Source of the DNA: Patescibacteria group bacterium
GTDB taxonomy: Bacteria > Patescibacteriota > SICC01
Length of the DNA: 64,000 bases
Reading direction: 5' to 3'
Assembly: GCA_040902515.1 (NCBI GenBank)
Contig: JBBDXB010000006.1
Span: 335,814-399,813, forward strand
Shown: positions 8,127-16,313 of the stretch, piece after piece
How the letters are laid out: every line of letters starts with the position of its first letter
Position numbering within the stretch: the stretch's first letter is position 1
Translations under genes and position numbers: made by a program
Notes under the pieces: generated by a model
Told to the model about the DNA's origin: nothing
The model's database searches: none
The model's input: the letters and a program-made list of their open reading frames with translations, nothing else

Positions 8127-9665
8127 ATGATCGCCGTCCATAGTTTCGGCTCGCAGTTCACGCATCTGATCGCTCGGCGACTCCGGGCGCTGAACGTCCA
8201 CGCCGAGGTATTCGCACCGGACGTGCCGGCCAAGGAGCTCGCCGCCCGGAAACCGTCCGGCATCATCCTGTCCGGCGGCCCCGCCTCCGTGTCCGATCCT
8301 GGCGCACCGGGCGTGGATCCGGCGTTGTTCGAACTCGGCGTCCCGGTGCTCGGCATCTGTTACGGCGAGCAGCTGATGGTGAAGCTCCTCGGCGGCACGG
8401 TCGGGAAAGGCGAATCAGGACAGTACGGCAAGGAGACGGTGAAGAACGCCGCGGACGCCGGGACGCTCCTTGGGGGACTGCCGGACAAACATGTCGTCTG
8501 GTTTTCCCACGGCGACCAGGTCTCGAAGCTCCCCGACGGATTCCGGGCGATCGGCCGCACCGCCACCTGCGAGTTCGCGGCGATCGCCGATCCGGACCGC
8601 CGACTCTTCGGGCTCCAGTTCCATCCCGAAGTGGTGCATACCGAGTACGGCACCGACATCCTCCAGAACTTCGCGCTCAAGATCTGCGGCGACCCTGCCG
8701 ACTGGACCATCGGGCATGCGCGGGAAACGATTACCGCCGAACTCGTGAAGCAGCTCGGTACGGAGGGCGACGTGATCGTCGGCGTGTCCGGTGGCGTGGA
8801 CTCGATGGTCGCGGCGACGCTCCTGAACGAACTCATTCCGGACCGGCTCCATGCCGTGTTCGTGGATACCGGCCTGCTCCGCCAGGACGAGGCCGGGGAG
8901 GTCAGCACGGTCTTCGCCGAGCGGGGCTTCCGCGACTTCCGCCGCATCGACGCGGTGGACACGTTTCTCGGGAAGCTCGCCGGGGTCACCGACCCGGAAA
9001 AGAAACGGAAGATCATCGGGCACACGTTCATCGAACTATTCGAGGCGGAGGCCGAACAGATCGAAAAGGACGCGCCGGTCCGGTTCCTTGCGCAAGGCAC
9101 GATTTATCCCGACCGGATCGAATCGGCGCAGCCGTCCAAGCACGCCGCGAAGATCAAGAGTCACCACAACCTGACGCTGCCGGAGAAGCTGAGGCTCGAG
9201 ATCGTCGAGCCGCTGGGTGAGCTTTACAAGGACGAGGTCCGGGAGCTTGGTTTCCAGCTGGGTCTGCCGGCGCACCTCGTGGGACGACACCCGTTCCCCG
9301 GGCCGGGCCTCGCGATCCGGATCCTCGGTGACGTCACGCCGGAACGCGTCCGGACCCTCCAGGCCGCGGACGCGATCTACCAGCAGGAGCTGCGGACCAG
9401 CGGTGAGTACGACAAGATCTGGCAGGCGTTCGCGGCGCTGCTGCCGGTCAAGAGCGTCGGGGTGATGGGCGACGCTCGCACGTACGAAGACATCATCAGC
9501 CTGCGCGCGGTGAACTCGGTGGATGGCATGACCGCCGACTGGTACCGGTTCCCGCCGGAGGTGCTGGAGCGGGCCTCGTCGCGGATCGTCAACGAGGTGA
9601 CCGGCGTGAACCGCGTCCTCTATGACGTGACCCAGAAACCGCCGGGCACGATCGAGTACGAATAG
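8127..9665 (+). CDS. guaA: GMP synthase (glutamine-hydrolysing)
   Basis: GSQFTHLIARR, LGICYG, QFHPE, SGGVDS, IKSHHN, HPFPGPGL, KPPGTIEYE. Confidence 0.98.
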   Translation: MIAVHSFGSQFTHLIARRLRALNVHAEVFAPDVPAKELAARKPSGIILSGGPASVSDPGAPGVDPALFELGVPVLGICYGEQLMVKLLGGTVGKGESGQYGKETVKNAADAGTLLGGLPDKHVVWFSHGDQVSKLPDGFRAIGRTATCEFAAIADPDRRLFGLQFHPEVVHTEYGTDILQNFALKICGDPADWTIGHARETITAELVKQLGTEGDVIVGVSGGVDSMVAATLLNELIPDRLHAVFVDTGLLRQDEAGEVSTVFAERGFRDFRRIDAVDTFLGKLAGVTDPEKKRKIIGHTFIELFEAEAEQIEKDAPVRFLAQGTIYPDRIESAQPSKHAAKIKSHHNLTLPEKLRLEIVEPLGELYKDEVRELGFQLGLPAHLVGRHPFPGPGLAIRILGDVTPERVRTLQAADAIYQQELRTSGEYDKIWQAFAALLPVKSVGVMGDARTYEDIISLRAVNSVDGMTADWYRFPPEVLERASSRIVNEVTGVNRVLYDVTQKPPGTIEYE

Positions 9666-9757
9666 ACCCCGCCGACGCTCCCCAGCACTTGACTGGTTGC
9701 TTTAAAAGTGCTAGGATTAGGCAATTTTAAACAAACCCAGTGATTGAACGAACAGAC

Positions 9758-11014
9758 ATGGACAGTGCCGCGGAAGCCGCCCAAGAGGAGGCGTATCATG
9801 CCGCGGCCGCCAATCACGAGACGGTAGGCGCGGCGGCGTCCCCGCAAGCTACGGCCCGCGGATTCCGAATCCGCAAGCCGTTCGTCATCGGTGGCACGGC
9901 ACTGGCCGTCCTGGTGGCCGGAGGCGTCGCGGCGTACATGTACCTCTACCAGACGCCCGAGCGGATCATGGGAGCGATGTTCGAGCGGCTCGAGGACGTC
10001 GAAGCGTTCGAGTACGCCGGCGAAGTGAAAGGTGAGTACCGTACGGAACCGACGGAACCGGCGGAGGGAGCCGTCAATCCGATTCCCGCGTCTCCCGTCC
10101 AGGAAGGTGACTTCTCGTTCCGGTCCGAAGGAACGATTGACGTAGGAGATGAAGACGAACCTAAGTTCCAAGGACTGCTCGCGATCGCGTTCGGCACGGA
10201 GGGATTGGATATTACCGGCGAAGCGGAGGCCCGCAGTATCGGCGATACCAGCTACTTCAAGTTGAACGAAGTGCCGACGTTCGGCATCATCCCCTTGGAG
10301 GAATTCAAGAACCAGTGGTTCGAAGTCGACCCGGAATCCGTGAAGAGAGAGACCGGCGTGGACATTACCGAAGAAAGCCAGGAATGGCTGGACCGGGACA
10401 CACAACAGCAGATCAGCGAAGCCTTCCGCGAATCCGACCCGCTCATTCTGGAAAAGAAAGGCAGCGAGGAAGTGGAAGGCACCGCGACTCATCGGATCGG
10501 CTATCGGGTGGACGAAGGGAAGTTCAGGACATTCGTGGCAGAGCTGTACCGGATCGTCGAAGACGGGGAGATGAACGATGACCAGCGCCAGGAACTGGAC
10601 GACGCGCTGGAGGAGGTTGAATTCAAGCCCGGCGACCTTTGGGTCGGGAAAAGCGATTACCTGCCTCGGAAAATCACCGGCGGTTTCTCGGGGAAGGATG
10701 GAACCGGAAGCACCACGCTGACCATCGAGCTTTCATTCAAGAACTACAACCGGGACGCACCGGATATCACCGCACCGGAAGGCGCCAAGCCAGCTTCCGA
10801 ATTGTCTTCCCTGCTCGGAGGCGGTACGGGTGCCGGTGAAGGGGAGGATGCCGACCGGGACGGTCTCACGGACGCCGAGGAATCACTTTACAAGACCGAT
10901 CCTGGGCGTGCCGACACCGACGGTGACGGGCATACGGACGGTGACGAGGTAGAGAACGGATACGACCCCCTCGGTCCCGGCCGCCTCAGGCCCGGCACCC
11001 AGCCTGCCATCTGA
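9758..11014 (+). CDS. Membrane-anchored exported protein with C-terminal Ca-binding (thrombospondin type 3-like) repeats
   Basis: Single N-terminal TM helix; DADRDGLTDAEE...DTDGDGHTDGDEVENGYDP; TTGACT-17-TAGGAT promoter. Confidence 0.8.
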   Translation: MDSAAEAAQEEAYHAAAANHETVGAAASPQATARGFRIRKPFVIGGTALAVLVAGGVAAYMYLYQTPERIMGAMFERLEDVEAFEYAGEVKGEYRTEPTEPAEGAVNPIPASPVQEGDFSFRSEGTIDVGDEDEPKFQGLLAIAFGTEGLDITGEAEARSIGDTSYFKLNEVPTFGIIPLEEFKNQWFEVDPESVKRETGVDITEESQEWLDRDTQQQISEAFRESDPLILEKKGSEEVEGTATHRIGYRVDEGKFRTFVAELYRIVEDGEMNDDQRQELDDALEEVEFKPGDLWVGKSDYLPRKITGGFSGKDGTGSTTLTIELSFKNYNRDAPDITAPEGAKPASELSSLLGGGTGAGEGEDADRDGLTDAEESLYKTDPGRADTDGDGHTDGDEVENGYDPLGPGRLRPGTQPAI

Positions 11015-11076
11015 CCCGCGTTCGCGACGAAGATTGAAAACCCCTGCCCGCTCTGCCATGATGGGCTTTTTCAGCA

Positions 11077-11105
11077 TTGACAAAAACGTCTAAAAATGTT
11101 ATGGT
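11077..11105 (+). promoter_or_regulatory. Sigma70 promoter of pilB
   Basis: TTGACA-17 nt-TATGGT. Confidence 0.65.
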
Positions 11106-11117
11106 TACGTAATTTCC

Positions 11118-13031
11118 ATGTCACATGAACTCACACCGCGGGAGCAGGCAAAGCTTGAGGACTTCGTCCGCAAGGGCTTGGGCGGTACCGCGGATACGCC
11201 GCCGTCTCCGAAGGACGAGACCGGTTCATCGCTTCGGGAACAGGACGAGGAACAGCGCGAGAAGCTGTCGCCCGTAAGCCCGTCGGTCAAGAGCAGCAAA
11301 CGGGTCGTGCAGGAGTCGGGCTCGGCACCCTCGAAGCAGAAGAAGGATGACGATGACGATATCGACCTGTTCGCCCGCGGCAACGTGAGTCGGGTGGTCG
11401 ATGAGTTCAGGGCCGAGAAAGTCGAGAAAGAGCAGCGGGCCGTCGCCAAGAAGGCCGGCCTGCCTTTCGTGCGGCTGATGGGATACCCGATCAGTCCGGA
11501 GGTGCTCGCCCTGATCCCACGGGAGATCGCCGAAAAGTACGGCGTGATCTCCTACATCAAGGTCGGCAACAAGGTGCGGGTCGGTGTCCGGCATCCCGGC
11601 ACGAAACAGACCGCGCAGGTACTGGAATCGCTCAACCGGGCGACGGACCATGACTACCTCGTGTCGGCGATCGGTGAGGATTCCTATCGTTACGCACTCA
11701 AGCTGTATGACGAACTGCCTGCGGCACGCGCAGCCACGTCGGATGTCTCCGTGGACGAGAAGGAAAAGAAATCGTTCGAGACGGACATCCAATCGTTCCT
11801 CGATCTCCGGTCCCGGATCAAGGACGTGCCGACCACCAAGGTCGTCGACACGCTCCTGACCGGCGCGGTAAAGGTGGGCGCCTCCGACGTCCACATCGAA
11901 CCGATGGAGGAGGGGGTACGGATCCGCTACCGGATCGACGGCGTGCTGCACACCGTTGCCGACTTCAAGACCGACATCCTGCAGAGCCTCCTATCCCGGC
12001 TGAAGTTCCTGGCCAAGCTCAAGCTGGACGTGAACCGCCTGCCGCAGGACGGCCGGTTCACGATCACGGACAAGCAGCAGGACCGGAGCGTCGAGCTCGA
12101 CGTCCGGGTGGCGACGATCCCTTCCCAATACGGCGAAGCGATCACCATGCGGCTCCTGAACCGCGATGCGACGGGTATCACGCTCGACGCGCTCGGCCTC
12201 ACCGGGGAAGCCCGCCGGAAGGTGCTGGCGGCGATCGATCGGCCGCAGGGCATGGTGCTGGAATGCGGTCCGACCGGTTCCGGTAAGACCACCACGCTCT
12301 ACTCGCTGCTCACGCGGCTCAACGATCCCGGCAAGAAACTCGTGACGCTGGAGGATCCGGTGGAGTACCGGCTGCCCGGCGTGATGCAGTCGCAGGTGGA
12401 TCCCGCCCACGGGTACGATTTCGCGGAAGGATTCCGCTCGGTCCTCCGGCTCGACCCCGACGTGCTGATGATCGGTGAGATCCGTGACAGCAAGACCGCC
12501 GACCAGGCGGTGCAGGCTTCCCTGACCGGCCACATCGTGCTCTCGACGCTGCATACCAACGATGCCCCGACCGCGATCCCGCGGCTTACGGACATCGGCG
12601 TCCGGCCGTTCCTGCTCGCCAACGCGATCAACGCGATCATCGCGCAGCGGCTGGTGCGGAAGATCTGCATCCATTGCGCGGCCGAGACCAAGCCGGACAC
12701 GGCCACACTCGAGGCGGTGCAGGAGGTGCTCAAGGCGTTGCCGGAACATGCCAAGGACAGCCTGCCGCCGAAGAAAGAATGGCTGTTCATGAAGGGCAAG
12801 GGCTGCGCGCAGTGCAACGGCACCGGCTTCTCCGGCCGCATCGGCATCTTCGAGGTGCTGGTGATCAGCGACGAGATCGAGCGGTTGGCGATGAACCGCG
12901 CGCCGATCAGCCAACTCCGGCAAGCGGCCCACCGGACGGGTATGATGACGATGGAACAGGACGGCTTGCTGAAGGCCTTGGCGGGCGTTACGACGATCAG
13001 CGAGGTCTGGCGGGTCGCACGTAACGTCTGA
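11118..13031 (+). CDS. pilB: Type IV pilus/T2SS assembly ATPase (GspE/PulE/PilB family)
   Basis: ASDVHIEP, RYRIDG, LPQDGR, GPTGSGKTT, LEDPVEY, GEIRD, STLHTN, tetra-Cys motif. Confidence 0.93.
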   Translation: MSHELTPREQAKLEDFVRKGLGGTADTPPSPKDETGSSLREQDEEQREKLSPVSPSVKSSKRVVQESGSAPSKQKKDDDDDIDLFARGNVSRVVDEFRAEKVEKEQRAVAKKAGLPFVRLMGYPISPEVLALIPREIAEKYGVISYIKVGNKVRVGVRHPGTKQTAQVLESLNRATDHDYLVSAIGEDSYRYALKLYDELPAARAATSDVSVDEKEKKSFETDIQSFLDLRSRIKDVPTTKVVDTLLTGAVKVGASDVHIEPMEEGVRIRYRIDGVLHTVADFKTDILQSLLSRLKFLAKLKLDVNRLPQDGRFTITDKQQDRSVELDVRVATIPSQYGEAITMRLLNRDATGITLDALGLTGEARRKVLAAIDRPQGMVLECGPTGSGKTTTLYSLLTRLNDPGKKLVTLEDPVEYRLPGVMQSQVDPAHGYDFAEGFRSVLRLDPDVLMIGEIRDSKTADQAVQASLTGHIVLSTLHTNDAPTAIPRLTDIGVRPFLLANAINAIIAQRLVRKICIHCAAETKPDTATLEAVQEVLKALPEHAKDSLPPKKEWLFMKGKGCAQCNGTGFSGRIGIFEVLVISDEIERLAMNRAPISQLRQAAHRTGMMTMEQDGLLKALAGVTTISEVWRVARNV

Positions 13032-13041
13032 GCGCGGCACC

Positions 13042-14511
13042 GTGATACGAATACCCAACCGAACCAGAACGCTGATGATGATCGGGCTGCTCTGCCTGGT
13101 GATGACGTTCGGCGTGGTGTACGGAGGGCAGGCCGCTGCCCAGGACGGAGCGCAGGACGAACTCAGCCAGGCGCGTCAGGAAAAGGCGTTCTACTCGTCG
13201 CAGCAACGGCAGCTCGACGGAGCGCAGGCGGCGTCCGAAACGGACCTTGCGCTGGCACGGGCCGAGCTGGCGAAGCAACGCAAGGTCGTGGAGCTGAGCC
13301 TGGCGAAGGTCGAGCGCATCAATCGGGACCTCACCATCTTGAAGGCCCAACGCGGCCAGGCGATGGAAGAATCGTATATCTCCTCCGGCGGTGATAACAC
13401 GCTGCTTTATGCGCTGGTCGATTCCGGCTCTCTGAGCGAATTCCTGCGACGGGGGCAGTACACAATCTTCCTGGTCGACCATGCGGAAGGGCTGGTGGAC
13501 CGGATCGATGGCGAGATCCGGGCGCTGGATGACGAACGCCGCGACCTGATCACCAAGAAGAACGCGCTGGAGGCGGACATCGGCGCACTCAGCGAACGGG
13601 TCGCACTGCTCAAGCTGCAGCTGGAGGCTGCGGGAGAAAACCTGGAGCGGGCCGCCGCGCGGGAAGCGTACCTGCTCTCGGTCGCCAGCTTCCTGGAGGA
13701 AAACGATCGTGACTTCGTGAAGCGGAACGAGCCAGTCGGCGGACGGTTCGCGTTCGGCGGCGGCGGCACCGAGCACGGGCTCGGCATGTCGCAGTACGGC
13801 GCCAAGGGTGCGGCGGAACGCGGCCGGAACTACAAGGAGATCCTCTCGCACTACTACCGCGGGACGTCGATCAAGAAGGTCGGCAGCTTCGAGGTAGCTG
13901 GGCAGGGAGAGTCCGAGGCGTACGTCGCCCGGGTGGTAGCGGGAGAGGTGAGTGCCAGTTGGCCGATGGAGACACTCAAAGCCCAGGCGCTGGCGGCCCG
14001 GAGCTATGCATATCGGAACCGCGGGAATCAGGACTGTACGCCGCAGACGCAGGCCTGCGGTCAGCCGCGCGACCGGATCCGAGAGGCGGTCGAAGCTACG
14101 CGCGGTCAGGTGCTGACCTACGACGGCCAGGTCGTCCCCGCGTACTATCATTCCACGTCGGGTGGCTGGACGGAACACAACGAAAACGTCTGGGGCGGTA
14201 CGCCGCTGCCGTGGCTTCGGGGCGTGTCGAGTCCGTGGGAAACGGACTCACCCCACTGGTACTGGGAATCGAAGCACTATTCCCGGGCGCAGATGGAGGG
14301 AATCTTGAAGCAGGATCCGCGGACGTCGGTCGGGCGGCTCGAGACCGTCAAGATCATCGGGCGGGGCGTTTCGGGCCGGGTGACCGCGGTGGAGATCCGC
14401 GGATCGGCTGGAACCAAGACCGTGTCCGGCCCGCGCTTCAAGGCGATCTTCAATGCGTACTCGCCGGCAGACGAGCCGGGCCTCCGGTCAACGTTGTTCG
14501 GGTTCAGGTAA
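13042..14511 (+). CDS. Secreted coiled-coil plus circularly permuted SpoIID/LytB lytic transglycosylase
   Basis: Signal peptide, coiled coil; HGLGMSQYGA...ILSHYY precedes YVARVVAGEV...LKAQALAARSYA and YHSTSGG. Confidence 0.88.
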   Translation: MIRIPNRTRTLMMIGLLCLVMTFGVVYGGQAAAQDGAQDELSQARQEKAFYSSQQRQLDGAQAASETDLALARAELAKQRKVVELSLAKVERINRDLTILKAQRGQAMEESYISSGGDNTLLYALVDSGSLSEFLRRGQYTIFLVDHAEGLVDRIDGEIRALDDERRDLITKKNALEADIGALSERVALLKLQLEAAGENLERAAAREAYLLSVASFLEENDRDFVKRNEPVGGRFAFGGGGTEHGLGMSQYGAKGAAERGRNYKEILSHYYRGTSIKKVGSFEVAGQGESEAYVARVVAGEVSASWPMETLKAQALAARSYAYRNRGNQDCTPQTQACGQPRDRIREAVEATRGQVLTYDGQVVPAYYHSTSGGWTEHNENVWGGTPLPWLRGVSSPWETDSPHWYWESKHYSRAQMEGILKQDPRTSVGRLETVKIIGRGVSGRVTAVEIRGSAGTKTVSGPRFKAIFNAYSPADEPGLRSTLFGFR

Positions 14512-14608
14512 GCCAAAAGTAAAAGCCCCCGCGGAATCTGAAATGATTCGTTGGGGCGAAACCCGCCAGATCGTCGGTGCCTGGCGGGGGCGGATGCCTA
14601 TGCTGGGG

Positions 14609-15199
14609 TTATCGGGGGTGCATCACCCGGTCGACGCCATGTGCCTCGTCCCACCAGTCTATCCACACCTCGAGGTGCAGAAAGTTCTGATGGATCAGCG
14701 GTCCGTAGACAATGAGGGCGATCGTCGTGATGACGACGCTCGCAACCGTCTCGTGTGCCTGGTATGCCAGCAGGCCGCCGAGCACCAGCCAGACGATTCC
14801 CGAGCCGTAGAGTACCAGCGGGACATACCCGGTGTTCTTCCGCGGCTGGATGTAGCCGAACTCGACGACGAATACCACGGCGAGATAGGCGCTGATGACC
14901 CACCACGGGAGCACGCCGGCGTTAGCCAGCCAGAACGCAGCGGCAATCTGGAGTCCCAGGCTGAGGAACACGGCGTCGAGGGCGTGCCAGATTCCCCGAT
15001 CCTTCGGAGAACCCCACGACTCGCGTATCGTGAGGATCCGCTCCGCCAGCGCCCCGTCGAGCCCGTGGCTCAGGAGACCGGCGATGTACAGCCAGAACGC
15101 CTGCTCCGCGCTGACCGACACCGACGAGATTACCGGCAGGACCAGCAGGATGATGACGGGAACACGCACCAGCGTGATGATGTTCGGCAGCCAGTGCAT
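14609..15199 (-). CDS. Divergent CDP-alcohol phosphatidyltransferase-like membrane protein
   Basis: WLPNIITLVR start, HGLDGALAER degenerate motif, multiple TMs; AAGGAGG RBS. Confidence 0.7.
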   Translation of the reverse strand: MHWLPNIITLVRVPVIILLVLPVISSVSVSAEQAFWLYIAGLLSHGLDGALAERILTIRESWGSPKDRGIWHALDAVFLSLGLQIAAAFWLANAGVLPWWVISAYLAVVFVVEFGYIQPRKNTGYVPLVLYGSGIVWLVLGGLLAYQAHETVASVVITTIALIVYGPLIHQNFLHLEVWIDWWDEAHGVDRVMHPR

Positions 15200-15283
15200 G
15201 GCCGCACCTCCTTGTTCTGTGGGTGGATGAACGGCGGTCAGTTGGTAAGGTCCGACCGGGCAGTATATCGCCGGAGCGACGGC

Positions 15284-16252
15284 TTAATCAAGTGACGGTC
15301 GATACCCGAGCAGTTCCGAGCGCTTAAGGTACTCGGCCGTCTTGTCCGCATCGCCATCCAACCGTGCCAGCTCGGACTTGAGGTACCAGGAGTAGCCCCA
15401 GCCGGGATCCAGTTCGGTGGAGATATCGATGGCCCGGGCGGCTTCATCCCGCTCACCGAGTGCCAGCGCCGCCGCCGCCCACAGGTTCCAGGCATCGCGG
15501 TACTCCGGTTCGGTCTCGCTGGTGCGCTGCCCGATGATCCAGGCAGCCCGATGCTTGTCGAACTCGTACAGCAAGACGCCCCGTGCGACCCGGCGGCTGG
15601 TCTCGCCGGACATCCCGGCCATCCGGTCGAATGCCGCGAGCGACTCTCGCACGGCACCGTCCGGCACCTCGGTGAGCCGGTCCAGGAACGCGGCGACCAC
15701 CGGGTCGGGGTGGGAAGCGGCAGCCGGCGTATCGGCGACGTCCCGGAGAATCCGGACGCTTCGCTTCGGATCCTCGACCGAGTACGCTACCGCCAGCGGA
15801 TATGCCGCGATGACATTCCCGGCCGGTTCGTCTGCAAGCAAACGGATGACCGTGCCTGGGTCGGCGGCCTGGAGCGCGGCGTATGCCAGGCCGATCCGGA
15901 TCGTCTGATCGGAGGGAACGCCGATCCGGTCGCGGGCGTCTTCATACTCCTCGCCGGTCGTGGACGCTGCTTCGCCGAGCCGTGCCAGTTCGCCGTCCGC
16001 CCGCGCGAAGTGGCCGGTGGCCTGATCGAACTCACCGCGGAGATACGCGAGCACTCCGAGCGAGAGCGCCCGGTCGGACGCCGGAGCGATCGCGTGGGCG
16101 AATCGTGCCTGCTGGTAGGCGGTGTCGAGGTCACCATGGTCGAATGCAGCCCGGGCCTCGGTATCGAATGACTGCGCCTGTTCCGTCCGCCAGCCGGCCG
16201 AGGCGAACCAGATCGTGACAGCAAGTACGGTCATGGCCAACACCGCGGCCAT
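15284..16252 (-). CDS. TPR-repeat protein with N-terminal membrane anchor (start uncertain)
   Basis: TPR-like repeats (PEYRDAWNLWA...AIDISTELDPGWGYSWY); hydrophobic N-terminus; follows valS. Confidence 0.75.
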   Translation of the reverse strand: MAAVLAMTVLAVTIWFASAGWRTEQAQSFDTEARAAFDHGDLDTAYQQARFAHAIAPASDRALSLGVLAYLRGEFDQATGHFARADGELARLGEAASTTGEEYEDARDRIGVPSDQTIRIGLAYAALQAADPGTVIRLLADEPAGNVIAAYPLAVAYSVEDPKRSVRILRDVADTPAAASHPDPVVAAFLDRLTEVPDGAVRESLAAFDRMAGMSGETSRRVARGVLLYEFDKHRAAWIIGQRTSETEPEYRDAWNLWAAAALALGERDEAARAIDISTELDPGWGYSWYLKSELARLDGDADKTAEYLKRSELLGYRPSLD

Positions 16253-16313
16253 CAATACGACCAACCAGCGTCGTCCGTGCCGGCGCGTCCGGGCCGCGGG
16301 CCGCAGGCCGGCT

